The notes beneath the pieces are model-generated. The model ran no database searches. It had not been told where the DNA came from and saw only the letters and a program-made list of their open reading frames with translations. A stretch of 64,000 nucleotides of DNA, taken from Eledone cirrhosa (Eukaryota). A program made the position numbers and the translations under genes. This document shows positions 1 through 14,470 of the stretch, in pieces (within the stretch, counting starts at the first letter, position 1; every line of letters starts with the position of its first letter). The stretch covers positions 37,200,001 to 37,264,000 of the forward strand of contig OZ024757.1 in NCBI GenBank assembly GCA_964016885.1. Direction: 5' to 3'.

Positions 1-840
1 GTGGTAGTGCTGGTGTCATGTCAAACAGCACCCAGTCCACCCTGTAAGATGGTAGTGTTAGTGCCATGACAAAAAGCACCCAGTCCACCCTGTAAGGTGG
101 TGGTGCTGGTGCCATGACAAAAGCACTCAGTCCAGTCTGTAAGGTGGTAGTGCTGGTGTCATGTCAAACAGCACCCAGTCCACCCTGTAAGATGGTAGTG
201 TTAGTGCCATGACAAAAAGCACCCAGTCCACCCTGTAAGGTGGTGGTGCTGGTGCCATGACAAAAGCACTCAGTCCAGTCTGTAAGGTGGTAGTGCTGGT
301 GTCATGTCAAACAGCACCCAGTCCACCCTGTAAGATGGTAGTGTTAGTGCCATGACAAAAAGCACCCAGTCCACCCTGTAAGGTGGTGGTGCTGGTGCCA
401 TGACAAAAGCACTCAGTCCAGTCTGTAAGGTGGTAGTGCTGGTGTCATGTCAAACAGCACCCAGTCCACCCTGTAAGATGGTAGTGTTAGTGCCATGACA
501 AAAAGCACCCAGTCCACCCTGTAAGGTGGTGGTGCTGGTGCCATGACAAAAGCACTCAGTCCAGTCTGTAAGGTGGTAGTGCTGGTGTCATGTCAAACAG
601 CACCCAGTCCACCCTGTAAGATGGTAGTGTTAGTGCCATGACAAAAAGCACCCAGTCCACCCTGTAAGGTGGTGGTGCTGGTGCCATGACAAAAAGCACC
701 CAGTCCACCCCGTAAGGTGGTAGTGTTAGTGCCATGAAAAAAAGCACCCTGTCCACTTTGTAAGGTGGTGGTGTTAGTGCCATGACAAAAAGCACCCAGT
801 CCACCCAGTAAGGTGGTAGTGGTGCTGTCATGTCTGCACA
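1..840. repeat. Minisatellite of 47-48 bp monomers in a 143-bp three-monomer higher-order repeat
   Basis: gtggtagtgctggtgtcatgtc recurs at 1, 144, 287, 430 and 573; runs into a SINE body at 841. Confidence 0.92.
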
Positions 841-1127
841 CACTGTAAAGTGGTTGGTATTAGGAAAGGCATCCGGCTATAGAAAACCAAACCCAAAACA
901 GTCATGTGACTAAGATGTGGTCACCTGACCTGTCTAGCCTCATAATGTGATACTGTGACAGCCAGTTTAACCCATGCTAGCATAGAAAATAGACCTGAAG
1001 TATTGATGATATATATATATACACACAGTCCTATACCAGTGAGACATGGTCACCTGATCAATCTTGCATGAAGTGGGACAATTCCTGTCTAACTCATGCT
1101 AGCATGGAACAATGATCATGATGATGA

Positions 1128-1189
<62 letters not shown>

Positions 1190-1546
1190 GAAAGGTAGAG
1201 TTAATAACTCATGCTGAAACCCTGTAATTAACAAGCTCAAAGTATAAATACTGAGCATTATAACAATAATAATATAATTTTATTTTCATCATTCTGTCTG
1301 CTTCATGGTTAAATATTTCAAACAAATGTGGTTCTTCAACCCTCGTAATATTAAACACACGATTTACTGTGTTTATTACTACATATATTATTGTTATATA
1401 TATATACACATATATATGAATATAAATTTTTGAACCATTATATATATTGTATGTGTGTGTGTATATGTATGTGTATATAAGAAGAAGTGTGTATATGTTT
1501 ATCTATATAAGAACAAATTAAAAGATGGTTAAAAAAGTTCTATGTA

Positions 1547-1613
1547 TTTTATTATGCGCATTTCAAAAACAAATATCATCCAGGGACGATATTTGCGTTC
1601 TCATCAGATAAAA
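1547..1613 (-). ncRNA. Type I minimal hammerhead ribozyme motif (Penelope-like remnant)
   Basis: Minus strand: TTTTAT-CTGATGA-[GAACGCAAATATCGTCCCTGGATGATATTTGTTTTT]-GAAA-TGCGCA-TA-ATAAAA. Stem I, stem II and palindromic stem III all pair. Confidence 0.8.
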
Positions 1614-2024
1614 TAGGGAGACATGATATGAAGCTTAAAAAAGACACTTGTGAGTAAGGTAGTGTCTAAACAACATATCCTCCCTGGATGATATTTGCTT
1701 TTGAAATGCGCATAATAAAATACATGGAACTTTTTTAACCATCTTTTAATTTCTTCTTATATATACTCCAGTCCAATAAACTGTTGAGTGCTACTTATCC
1801 GATATTTGCTTTGCTTTATTGTGCTACAATAAAACTCACATTATATATCTATCTCTATCTCTCTCTCTCTATATATATATATGCACATATATGTATATAT
1901 ATTTGCACACACATATATATATGTATATATACACATATATGTATATATATTTGCACACATATATATATATGTATATATGCACATATATGTATATATATTT
2001 GCACACCCATATATATTGTCTATA

Positions 2025-2089
<65 letters not shown>

Positions 2090-2096
2090 GTGTATA

Positions 2097-2340
2097 TGAG
2101 AAGACTACGTTGGTATGGTCACGTGATGCGCATGAAAGACGACAGCTGTATAAAAATGTGCAGGGCAATAAAAATAGACGGTAGCCACGGAGTAGGCAAA
2201 CCCAGAAAAACCTGGGACGACTTGATAAATTCCGACCTCACACACTTACACCTCTCCAAGACAATGTCACTGGACCGTGATCTTTGGCACTACACAGTAA
2301 TACAGAAGACCCGCCTTACCTAAGTACAAAGCGAAACCTA
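2097..2340 (+). mobile_element. RTE-clade LINE 3' fragment
   Basis: [43 protein letters not shown] is the typical RTE C-terminal motif. Confidence 0.85.
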
Positions 2341-2359
2341 CAGTCAGTAGGCACCTCTA

Positions 2360-2680
2360 ACAAAATACACCCCTGTCCCACTACCCCCACCCATCCACAC
2401 CACCCCTTTCAATGTAAAGTTATGTTGGTACCACAACATCCAGTCCGAAATAAATGAGGTCGTGTAGGTGTCACGACAAAAAAACACACAGTCCACGCTG
2501 TAATGTGGCCGTGTAGGTAACACGGTAAAAACCTCCCAGCCCACACTGTAAACGTGGTTGGTGTTAGGAAGGGCATCCAGCCATAGGAAACCCGCCAGAC
2601 AGTCCTATACGGGAAAGTGGGAAAACTCCCGTCCAAACCCATGCAAGCTTAGAAGATGGACCTTAAACGATGATGATAAT
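2360..2680 (+). mobile_element. SINE-like repeat (ttggtgttaggaagggcatcc core, (GAT)n tail)
   Basis: Shared core and cccatgc(t)agc...gacgttaaacgatgatgat tail. Other copies near 841, 3745, 5304(-), 15145, 16160, 23320, 30435, 36670(-), 37940(-), 41730(-), 48410(-). Confidence 0.75.
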
Positions 2681-3687
2681 GTGTGTGTGTATACATACAC
2701 AAATATATATATATATATATTTATTTATATATATATATTTGTGTATGTATACACACACACACACACACATATATATATACACACACACACATTATGTATA
2801 TATATAAATACTATCCCAAGTATTGAGTACTTAGCTGAACAATATGAGAGAGAGGGATAAGTAGAGAGATATAATGTATAGTATACATATATTTGTAATT
2901 CTATCATGTAACTAGTTCTGCTCGAATTGACACTCCCTCCCAACCACACATACCCCCCACAGACCCTTTCCTCTCAAACTGATGATGATGATGACAATAG
3001 CAGTGATAATAGTGATGTCAATCAGTCAGTGAAGCCTACAGATGGCGTATGTGTGCAGCATCCCGGCTGTCTTCTCTAAAGCCTACATCTGACCTCAATA
3101 CCTTCCTTCATTCATTATTCTGAACATAGGAATTGACAAGCTCCTAGATGCTGGGGTCTCCCTATTATTGTCTCTCATCTTGTTGTTGCTGTTGTTGTTG
3201 TTGTTGCTGTTATGATTTCAACGTGTATCCATATGTCTAGTATGAAATTTGTAGATTTTTAACTTTCTTGGATTTGGTTATTGTTTTTTATTTTATTTGA
3301 TTTTATACATATGTGCATATATACATACATATACATATGTATATATGTATGTTTATATATATGTGTATTTATCTATGTATGTGTATGTACATATATGTAT
3401 TTCTATATGTATGTGTATATATATATATATGCATATATATATATGAATATATATGTACATTTACACACACACACACACACATATGTATATGTATATTTAC
3501 ACACACACATATATATATGCATATTTACATATATATATATACATATATATACATATATATTTACATATATATACATACATATATATATATATATATACAT
3601 ATATACACATATATATATATACATATATACACACATATATGTATATATATATTTACATATTTACATATATTTATATTTACATACATA

Positions 3688-3744
<57 letters not shown>

Positions 3745-4160
3745 ACACTGAAAATGTGGTTGGTGTTAGGAAGGGCATCCAGCTGTAAAATCCCCCGGTC
3801 AAATTTACAGTCCTGTCCGAGTAAGGTACAGTGTGGCTAATTCCGACAAGACTTGTCTCCTGATGTAGATGACATGTCTAACCCATGCAAGCATGAAAAA
3901 TGGATGCTAAATGGTGTTGATGATGATGATATGTATATATATATATATATATATAGTAATAATAAGAAATGTGAAGACTAAAATCCAAAGAGGGCTCAAT
4001 AAGGATGAATATATATAAAATATATAAGAACCCTAAAGCAAATATTTATTTAGATAACAGATTAAAGTTTCAGAAGATCCCGTTTAATCTGTTATTTTAA
4101 TATATATATATATATTATATATATATATATTTAATTAGAAAGTGAACACAATTATAACTA

Positions 4161-4228
4161 CTCCATTACCAAAGGTTTCAGGACCCTAGACAATGTTAAT
4201 ATATGTCTAGTTCACTCATCAGATAGAG
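4161..4228 (-). ncRNA. Type I hammerhead ribozyme motif
   Basis: Minus strand: CTCTAT-CTGATGA-[..CTAGACA..TGTCTAG..]-GAAA-CCTTTGG-TA-ATGGAG. Near-identical copy at 62861-62928. Confidence 0.72.
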
Positions 4229-4274
4229 GGCTTATATTTATATTATATATTATTATATCTATATATTATATATT

Positions 4275-4462
4275 AGGGCGGTGAATTGGTAGTATCGGTA
4301 GAGGGTCGGACGCCATGCTTTGCAGCAAAGAGTTACGGCCCTTTATGGTCTGAGTTCAAATCCCGTTGAGGTTAACTTTGCCTTTCATCCTTACGGGGTC
4401 GATAAAATAAAGTACCAGTAATACACTGGGATAATTGCTGGCCTTGTGCCAAAAGTAGAAAT
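4275..4462 (+). mobile_element. tRNA-derived SINE, family A
   Basis: A-box-like TGGYAGTATCGG, B-box GAGTTCAAATCC, central gcctttcatccttacggggtcgataaaataaagtaccag. Copies at about 4649, 5628, 9057(-), 17078, 19955(-), 22740(-), 29885, 29998, 37074, 50865, 51865, 52815(-), 61764. Confidence 0.85.
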
Positions 4463-4847
4463 AATTATATCTATATATTATATATATATATTTAAATATT
4501 ATTAAATTTAGCTCATACTTTGAAGAAGAAAAAAAAATGGTTAGTCTAAAAATAGAATTTGTTCCTACGTCATTAGGTTGACTCATGAACACTGGAACAA
4601 TACTTACTGCATAAAGCATCATTATATATATATATCTATATATATATAAGGGTGGTGGATTGGCAGTATCGGTAGAGGGTTGGACACCATGCTTTACGCC
4701 TCTTTATGGTCTAAGTTCAAATCCCGCCAAGGTTAACTTTGCCTTTCATCCTTACGGGGTCGATAAATGAAAGTACCAGTAATGCACTGGATTAATTGCT
4801 GGCCTTGTGCCAAGAGTAGAAACAATTATATATATACATCATCATCA

Positions 4848-5023
4848 TCATTTTACGTCCGCTTTTCCCTGCTTGCAAGGGTGGGACGGGTTCTATTCAG
4901 CACAGCATCTCTCCACTTGTCACGGTTCTTCGCCATCTCCTCCATGAGCTTCAGCAATCTGAGGTCTGCTCTCACCACCTCCGCCCATGTTTCTCGTGGT
5001 CTTCCTCTACTGCGTCTTCCTTC
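4848..5023 (-). mobile_element. RTE LINE 3' end fragment
   Basis: Matches the 3' end of the 13538-14090 copy, with (GAT)n tail. Confidence 0.8.
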
Positions 5024-6239
5024 TATATATATATATATGAGAGAGAGAGAAACTAAGTAATATATAAAAGATAATTTTAATTCTACTTATGTCTCAATGT
5101 AGAGCAGCAGGCCACACCACAATAGATGTGAGGTATCTGTCCCTTGTTTTACATATATATTGGGAAACCCCAATGTTACCATATATATATATATTTATCA
5201 TATATATATTTTTAATATACATACATGCACATACATAAATATCTATAATATATATATATTTATAATATACAAGCATATATTTCTACTAAAATATATATTT
5301 ATTCATCATCATTGTTTAATGTCCGTTTTCCACGCTAGCATGTGTAGTGGGCTGACCCTATGGGAGAGAATGAGGCCAGAGAACTGTAATTTGCTCACCC
5401 GGGGCTAGTTTTGGCTTGGTTTCTACAGCTGGATGCCCTTCCTATCTCCAACCACATTTACAGTGTGTGCTGTACATAAATACATATATTTACAATATAT
5501 CTGTGATGTTGACAGATGAGTACTCAATACCGAAGTAGAGTTTAGTAATATTCTTTATTATGTCTAATTGTTGTAACTCTGATGTTTCACATGTACTCAC
5601 AGGATCATCAGGCATTGTTCCATTCTACAGAGGGTCGGACGCCATGCTTTGCAGCAAAGAGTTACGGCCCTTTATGGTCTGAGTTCAAATCCCACCAAGG
5701 TTAACTTTGCTTTTCATCCTTACGGGGTCGATAAAATAAAGTACCAGTAATACACTGGGATAATTTCTGGCCTTGTGCCAAAAGTAGAAACAATTATACA
5801 AATGAATATAAATAATTATTCAATTTTTGAATTGAAGAAATTTAAAATATACCCAAAGAATATCAGAAAAAATTGCTTTGCAGCCAGATGCCCTTCCTGA
5901 CACTAACCCTTTCAGTTGCTTCTTACAGCATGCAGAGATATGGTGTATATGGTGTAGCTATTCTAAAGCTGGGTACACACATATTATGTATATTGAGACT
6001 CAATAATTTGGTCCACTTGACACTAATATATGGAAGGAAGGAACTTAAACTAGGGGACAATAAATAAAAGAACCTGAATACTATAAACACCTATGTTACT
6101 AGCTGTTCTGTGATGGTAAGGCCCCTTCATCTGGGATGTAACATGCACTGACATTTTCTCTTGTAACAACCTGGTGCATTTGACTTCAGACCCAGGCTTC
6201 GTTGCCTGAGAAGCTGAAGATCACAAGCTCTTGATTGGT

Positions 6240-6700
6240 TTATCGTTGACCCTATAGCAGTGGAGACATCTGATATTCTGGGTTTATGTCATCTGTTTCC
6301 CAATAGGTTTATTATTGACCCTATAGCAGTGGTGACATCTGGTGTTCTGGGTTTATGTCATCTGTTTCCCAATAGGTTTATTATTGACCCTATAGCAGTG
6401 GTGACATCTGGTGTTCTGGGTTTATGTCATCTGTTTCCCAATAGGTTTATTATTGACCCTATAGCAGTGGTGACATCTGGTGTTCTGGGTTTATGTCATC
6501 TGTTTCCCAATAGGTTTATTATTGACCCTATAGCAGTGGTGACATCTGGTGTTCTGGCTTTATGTCATCTGTTTCCCAATTGGTTTATCATTGACCCTAT
6601 AGTAGTGGAGACATCTGGTGTTCTAGGTTTATGTCATCTGTTTCCCAATTGGTTTATCATTGACCCTATAGTAGTGGAGACATCTGGTCTTCTGGGTCCC
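6240..6700. repeat. 69-bp minisatellite, about 6.5 copies
   Basis: Unit attgaccctatagcagtggtgacatctggtgttctgggtttatgtcatctgtttcccaataggtttatt. Confidence 0.92.
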
Positions 6701-7046
6701 TGTTGACTGCTTCTCAATAGTTTTGGTATTGGGTTCTTGATATCAGAACAACCTTCCTACTGACAGCTATCAGGACAGAGTGAGCCACCCATATTAGTGG
6801 GAATAGCTATTTCAATGCAGCATAACTTAAGCCTTTATACTAAACTGTAATTATACCCATTCCACAGCTGCAATAAGCAATTCTGCTTCAGATTTCTACT
6901 GAATCTATGGCACCATATCAGAAGTGTGCAACATGAAAAATTCTTGCAAAGTGTAAACCACAAAGCATCATTAAATTCAACCTTCGTGTAATTAAAACCT
7001 GTGTGATTGGTTTGGTTTGGTTCTACCACTGCTACTAATGGCTTAA

Positions 7047-7705
7047 TTTTTTAGCATTTAAACCAGCCATATCCAGCCAGAATTCTCTCACCTCTTTCTG
7101 TTCAAACTGGCCATATTTGGTCAGAATTCTCTCACCTCTTTCTGTTCAAACTGGCCATATCTGGTCAGAATTCTCTCACCTCTTTCTGTTCAAACTGGCC
7201 ATATCTGGCCAGAATTCTCTCACCTCTTTCTGTTCAAACTGGCTGTATCTGGTCAGAATTCTCTCACCTCTTTCTGTTCAAACTGGCCATATCTGGTCAG
7301 GATTCTCTCACCGCTTTCTGTCCAAACTGGCTTTATCTGGCCAGAATTCTCTCACCTCTTTCTGTTCAAACTGGCCATATCTGGCCAGAATTCTCTCACC
7401 TCTTTCTGTCCAAACTGGCCATATCTGGCCAGAATTCTCTCACCTCTTTCTGTTCAAACTGGCTCTATCTGGCCAGAATTCTCACCTCTTTCTGTTCAAA
7501 CTGGCTCTATCTGGCCAGAATTACCTCACCTCTTTCTGTTCAAACTGGCCATAACTGGCTACTCATACTGATGTCACAGTATTGTTCTCAAAATAAATAA
7601 TATCACAATCTCATAGATTCGACATTATGTGAGATAATTATGTGAAATAAAGACTTTACTGTGAAAATACAATAGTATATATAGAGTAATGTAAATGCTA
7701 AAGGG
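7047..7705 (+). mobile_element. piggyBac-type MITE with internal 44-bp tandem expansion (about 11 copies)
   Basis: Right end TAAATGCTAAAGGG-TTAA; unit cagaattctctcacctctttctgttcaaactggccatatctggc. Confidence 0.8.
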
Positions 7706-8019
7706 TTAAAACCTGTGTGATTGGTTTGGTTCTGCCACTGTAACTAATGGATTAATTCTTTCTTCATCTATAATCTGTCTCTTATTGTGTTAAATATGAA
7801 CGACAAGAAAAGGATAAGCTTTTTTGTTGCTGCTGTCATAGTCGTTGTTGTTGCTATTGTCGTTGTTGTTACTGTCATTGCTATTGTTGTTGTTGTCATC
7901 GTTGTTGTCATAGTGAGCGATCAAGTGATAGTTTAATCATCTTTTCATGTTAAAGCGAAGCAATAACTCCAGACACTTAAGAATTAGCATGATGGTCATT
8001 ACTACAGAGACCACAACTA

Positions 8020-8820
8020 TCACAATGACCACCACTACCACACAATGACCACCACTACCACACAATGACCACCACTACCACACAATGACCACCACTACCA
8101 CACAATGACCACCACTACAGACACCACCATCACTGCAGTCACCACTACTACCACCACTACAGTCACCACTAACATCTCCACCACTATAGACACCACTAAT
8201 ACCAGAACAGACACCACTAACACCACCACAGCCACCACCACCACAGCCACCACCACCACAGCCACCACCACCACCTCAACTACCATGGTGACCATCACTG
8301 CAGACACCACTAACACCACCATCACTACAAACACCACAAATACCACCATCACCCCCACCACTATCCTGACGTAACCATTATTACCTCCCCCAACACCACC
8401 TCTACCATCACCCCCACCATGATGTAACCATTATTACCTCCACCACTACCTCCACCACTACCATGAGGTAACCATTATTACCTCCACCACCACCTCCACC
8501 ACTACCATGATGTAACCACCACTACCTCCACCACTACCAACACCACTACAATCACTATCACCCCCACCACTACCATGATGTAACCACTACCTCCACCACT
8601 ACCAACACCACTACAATCACTATCACCCCCACCACTACCAACACCACTACAATCACTATCACCCCCACCACTACCAACACCACTACAATCACTATCACCC
8701 CCACCACTACCATGATGTAACCAACACCACTACAATCACTATCACCCCCACCACTACCAACACCACTACAATCACTATCACCCCCACCACTACCATGATG
8801 TAACCATTATTACCTCCCTC
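8020..8820. repeat. (ACC/ACT)-rich low-complexity repeat
   Basis: caccactacca-type units; source of the poly-Thr and poly-Val ORFs. Confidence 0.9.
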
Positions 8821-9056
8821 CTCCCAGCACCTCCCTCCCCTTATGTGTTCTACTTATTTAAATCAAAATAATTGTGTTTGATAAGGAAGGAGAAGATGGT
8901 GGTGTTGGTGTTTGTTGAACTAATCTGACCACCATATCTTAGAATATGAGAGGACATTTGTCAGTACAAAGAGGTTGATATAATTATGAGACGGGAAAGA
9001 TAAAACTTCCTATTGATTTAGGTTCGTTAACTATCTGTTGTCTGATTAGCTCAAAT

Positions 9057-9250
9057 ATAATTGTTTCTACTTTTTGGCACAAGGCCAGCAATTACCCAGT
9101 ACATTACTGGTACTTTATTTTATCGACCCCCGTAAGGATGAAAGGCAAAGTTAACCTCGGCGGGATTTGAACTCAGATCATAAAGGGACATAACTATGCT
9201 AGAAAGCATGGCGTCTGACCCTCTACCGATACTGCCAATTCACCGCGCTC
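9057..9250 (-). mobile_element. tRNA-derived SINE, family A
   Basis: Reverse complement of the 4275-4462 family. Confidence 0.82.
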
Positions 9251-9283
9251 AAATATAATTTCTTCCAATCTGAAGAGCACTGA

Positions 9284-9314
<31 letters not shown>

Positions 9315-9321
9315 ATTATCA

Positions 9322-9625
9322 TTTTACAGCACAGCATCTCACCACTTGTCACGGTCCTTCGTCATCTCTTCCGTGAGCTTCAGCGATCTGAGGTCCACTC
9401 TCTCCACCTCCGCCCATGTTTTTCATGGTCTTCCTCTACTGCGTCTTCCTTCCACTGGGATTTCTTGGCACTTCTTTACCCAGCGGTCATCCTCCATGCA
9501 CATCACATGTCCATACCATCTCAGCCTTCTCTCCCGCACACTACAACTTATCCCTCTTATACACAGTTCTCTCTCAACTCATCCATGCTTGGTTGTTCAT
9601 ATACATTGACATTGCACATCCAATG
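9322..9625 (-). mobile_element. RTE LINE 3' fragment
   Basis: Homologous to 13590-13880. Confidence 0.8.
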
Positions 9626-10110
9626 TTTTATATCCATTTTTTTTCATGCATGCATGGGTCAGACAGGTCGTTTGCATGGAGAGTCAAGTCTGGCCAGAGT
9701 CAGCCATGCTGTATCTTCCTCTGACGAGGACTGTAATATATATATATATATATATTATTATCTTGACACCAACATTACCATCTTACAGGGTGGACTGGGT
9801 GTTCTTTTATCATGACTCCAGCAATCCACCTTACAGGGTAGATTGGGTATTTTTTATCATAACATCAACACCTTACGAGGTGGAGTGGGTTGAGTGCATT
9901 TTTATCATGGCCTCACCACTGTGGAGACATTAAAGGGAATGTGGAGGAGGGGGTCGTCATATGACCATAGGTGAGTAAATGTCTAGTTATGGAAGCGGCC
10001 TTGAAATATATATATATATATATATATATATGGCCTTGAAATATATATATATATTTATATATAGAGTGACAACAAGAAGTCAGATTTGCAGCTGGTTATG
10101 AAACTTTATT

Positions 10111-10198
10111 GTATATTACAACTGATTCAATATCGATCAGCTCGGGTTTGATCAGGCGATCAGATCCCGACTCTTAATCGACACTTCTTCAGAAATGA
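10111..10198 (-). ncRNA. Degenerate hammerhead motif with long stem II
   Basis: Minus strand: CTGAAGA-[AGTGTCGAT...ATCGATATT]-GAAT-CAGTTG-TA, followed by AATAAA. Core GAAA is altered to GAAT. Confidence 0.45.
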
Positions 10199-12199
10199 GA
10201 GTTTATATGGGTGGTCCCATATTCGTCGGTGGCGATTGTCAAACTGAGATCAGGTTTGACAATTGTCACCGACAAATGTGAGAAAGTTCTCCAGGAAAGT
10301 TAACCAGGAATCTTTAAAAATCTTCCCACCGAAGTTAACAAAGAACTTACTAGATCTACCAACTCATGATGTTATAAGATTATAAAATTAAATCAAATTG
10401 TTTAGAAATACAAGTGAAGTGATTCTTTTCCTTTTCTTCAAATATACCTAACTGTATCAAGGATCCCACACATTTTCCAATATATATATATAATATATAT
10501 ATATATATAAATCAAGAAAGAAAAGTGACACGGTTTGCTATTCAATAAGGGCTTTAATCACATAGCTGACAATTGTTTCTCTGAACTGGTAGGTCTAGAG
10601 ATCGCTACCCGCCTGTTTCTGCGTCAATCGATCACCAATACTTAGTTATAACCAGTCAATTCATTAGAGGTTGCGAGAATGTGCTTAAAGCCCTTATTGT
10701 ATAGCAAACTGTGTCACTCTTTCTTGATTTATCATTACTCCAAGTGTAAACAACATAGAAATCACCGCGTACTCGCAGCATCACTATGGAAACGCCTTGT
10801 TGAGTCAAACTTAGCCAAGCGTTGATACTATCCACTACTCGGAGTAGCCTAACTGGACTACATCTAAGTGGACTACCTATAACAATAATTTGTTATCCCG
10901 TATATATATATATATATATATACATACACTTAAACATACGCACAGAAGCTACTTTGTTCAACTGTGAATGCGTAAATGCCAGTTAAGATGAATTGGTAAT
11001 AAATAAAGTGAGATAAATGTCTTAGGAATAGTATTTTGGGAAGAGAGAAGAGCAGCTCTGTGGAATTGTACAAGTGCTAGAATGTGTAGAGTGCAAGTGA
11101 CCTGTGCTAGTGTCATGGCATTGGCTGACATAATAGTTTGATGTGTCTGTGTGAAGTAGCTTTTGGTTTGGTATGGGAAATGAGGGTAAGGGTTGGATGG
11201 CAGTGGATGCCTGCTGTGTGTGGGTAGGTAGGTGAGGTGTGTGCGCAGGGTGGTGGTAAAAATAACAAAAAAATCAAAAAGTGGGTATGTTTAGGAAGCC
11301 GATACAATGCAGGTGATTTGAAATAGTAAGGCAACGAAGTACCTCGTAATGAAATTGAGAGAGGTGAGGTAGAATGTAAATAATGGGAGGAGGAGGAAGA
11401 AAATAAAAGGATGAATAACTGATAGTTTACCATAGTAATTTATTAGTCCAAATATTTTGGATTTACCGTCCATTATCGAGGGGGATTTGAATTGAGAGAG
11501 GTGGCATAGAATATAAATAATGGGAGTAGAAGGAGGAGGCGAAAGGAGAAAATAAAAGGACAAGAATGACATAGTTTACCTTAGTAATTTATTAGTTCAA
11601 ATATTTTGGATTTACTGTCCATTATTGAGGGGGATCTGCAGGGGATAAAAACCTCTGAGAAATCGGAGATTGTCTTTCCTGGTTGGTATTTATTTTAAAA
11701 TAAAGTCCCCTATGTTGACCTTTATTTAGGATAGAAGAACATGGGAATGATTTGTGAGGTTTGATCTCAGGCTGGTGTCCCTCACAGACAAGATGATTCC
11801 AGGATGAAAAGAATACTGATATGACAGAATTGATAAAAAAAAAAAGGGGGGGACCTTTTAAACCTTTAGATACCAAACCCCAAATCACTTGAAATCACCT
11901 CTGTTTCTATGATACAAAATTGTTTTGTTTTTAAGTGCTCTGTGACTCCTTCAGGAGTTATGGGTTTATATATACATAGATACACACACATACACCTGTT
12001 CATCACAACTCTCACCTGTTGCTCAGTTTAAATATTTATCTTTTTAGTGGTTATACCACTTCATTTCAAGTAAGAGTCTCTCTTTCTCTGATGACTTATT
12101 TTTTTTTTATCTTTTCCATATAAGGATTGCTTAAAGCAGTAAATTAATCAACATATTTCATTTTCCTTTTTTCTTTTATTCTTTCATTGGTTTCAGTCA

Positions 12200-12497
12200 T
12201 TAAACCGGCTGTATCCGGCCAGAATTCTCTCACCTCTTTCTGTTTAAACTGGCCATAACTGGCCACTGAAACCAACATTAGGCCTTTAGCATTTAAACCG
12301 GCCATATCCAGCCAGAATTCTCTCACCTCTTTCTGTTTAAACTGGCCATAACTGGCCACTCAAACCAACATTAAGGTATTGCTCTCAAAATAAATATCAA
12401 AATCTTATAGATTCAATATTATGTGAGATAATTATGAGATAAAGTTTTTACCATGAACATATGATAGTATAGACAAAGTAATGGAAATGCTAAAGGG
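12200..12497 (+). mobile_element. piggyBac-type MITE with partial internal duplication
   Basis: CCTTTAGCATTTAAACCGG...AAATGCTAAAGGG-TTAA. Confidence 0.75.
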
Positions 12498-13537
12498 TTA
12501 AACTGTGTCTATATTTATTTTTTCATTCCTTTGGAGTGTGAGAGGTGAAGAAAGTTATGTGCCAGGCATGTAAATATTTAAAATATTTCTCTACTTTCTG
12601 TTAATGTCTTTTAATAACCTACTTCGCATGTATGTCATGCACACTCATGTGGACATGGACACACACATATGCATGTATATATATATATACATACATGTGA
12701 GCAACATACACACATCCATACACACATATATGTTTATATATATATATATATATATTAAGATATATACACACACACGTCTATGCATATGTACACACATACA
12801 TCCACACATGTATATTAAGATGTATACACACACACACACACATTTATATATATATCAAAATGTACACAAACACACACACATATATGTATATTAAGATTAT
12901 ACACACACACGTGTATATGTATATCAAAATGTACACACACACACACACACACACGTATATGTATATTAAGATGTATACATACACGCACGCATATACATAT
13001 ATATGTAAACCAAAATGTACACGAACACACACATACACATATACACACGTATGTATATCAACATGTTCACAAACATACACACACATATACACACGTATAT
13101 ATGTACACAAACACACACACACATACACACGTATATATGTATATCAACATGTACACAAACACACACATATACACACGTATATATGTATATCAACATGTAC
13201 ACAAACACACACATATACACATGTATATATGTATATCAACATGTACACAAACACACACACTCACATGTAATGACATTTTAGGGCAGGAAATATATAACTA
13301 ACATTATCCCTTAAAAAAAACTTCAACCTCCAGTACATTGAAAGGTTACTGAAGTCACAGCACTGGTTTATGATTTAACAGGCTTTTAAAGAAAAATCTA
13401 TGAACAGAGTTGGTTTTATTCATACAGGATTCATTGTGGACTAACTGTATCTAAAGATTCTATTTCATAGCTTAGTTTTGCAGAGTAAATACATTGTCAG
13501 TCAGCTAACCGGTACCATAATCATAATCTCATCACCA

Positions 13538-14090
13538 TCATTTTACGTCCGTTTTTCCCTGCTTGCAAGGGTGGGACGGGTCCTGTTCAGCATCTCTCCA
13601 CTTGTCACGGTCCTTCGTCATCTCCTCCGTGAGCTTCAGCAATCTGAGGTCTGCTCTCACCACCTCCACCCATATTTTTCGTGGTCTTCCTCTACTGCGT
13701 CTTCCTTCTACTGGCATTTCTTGGCACTTCTTTACCCAGTGGTCATCCTCCATGCGCATCACATGTCCATACCATCGCAGTCTCCTCTCCTGCACACTAC
13801 AATTTAACCCTCTTAAACACAGCTTCTCTCTCAACACATCCATGCTTGGTCGTTCACTCACATTGACACTGCACATCCAACGGAGCATGCTTGCTTCATT
13901 TCTCTCCAGCCGTCGCATATCCTCTGCAGTTGCTGCCCATGTCTCACTACCATGCAGCATCGCGCACCTCACACAGGCATCATATAACCGGCCTTTCATA
14001 CGCAGGGAGAAACCCTTCTTTGTCAGCAGAGGAAGCAGCTCCCTAAACTTCTTCCAACCCGTCCTTATTCTAGATACTATGGCCTCGGAA
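13538..14090 (-). mobile_element. RTE-clade LINE 3' fragment (longest copy)
   Basis: KGRLYDACVRCAMLHGSETWAAT...LERNEASMLRWMC...[13 protein letters not shown]...GRPRKIW is the post-RT C-terminal region of RTE elements. Confidence 0.92.
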
Positions 14091-14211
14091 CATTCCTTCT
14101 TAATAATCCATAAGAGAAAGAAGTATCGGTAGAGTGTCGGACAACTTAGTTTTGTGCTATTTAGTCATGGTCCTTTACATTCTGAGTTCAGATCCTGTCA
14201 AATTGATTTAA

Positions 14212-14470
14212 CCCTTTACCATTTACATCTAAACCCATGCTAGCGTGGAAGATAGACGTTAAACGATGATGATGATAGCGATTACTCTGTATATACTATT
14301 ATATTTTCATGGTGAACGCTTTATCTCACATATCTCACATAATATTGAATCTCTGAGATTTTGATATTTATTTATTTTTAACATCAGTATGAGTGGCAAG
14401 TTACAGCTGGTTTGAAGAGAAAGAGGTGAGAGAATTCTGGCCAGATACGGCCGGTTTAAATGTTAAAGGG
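14212..14470 (-). mobile_element. piggyBac-type MITE with a small SINE-tail insertion
   Basis: TTAA-CCCTTTA...TAAAGGG-TTAA; another diverged copy at 14689-14945. Confidence 0.75.
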
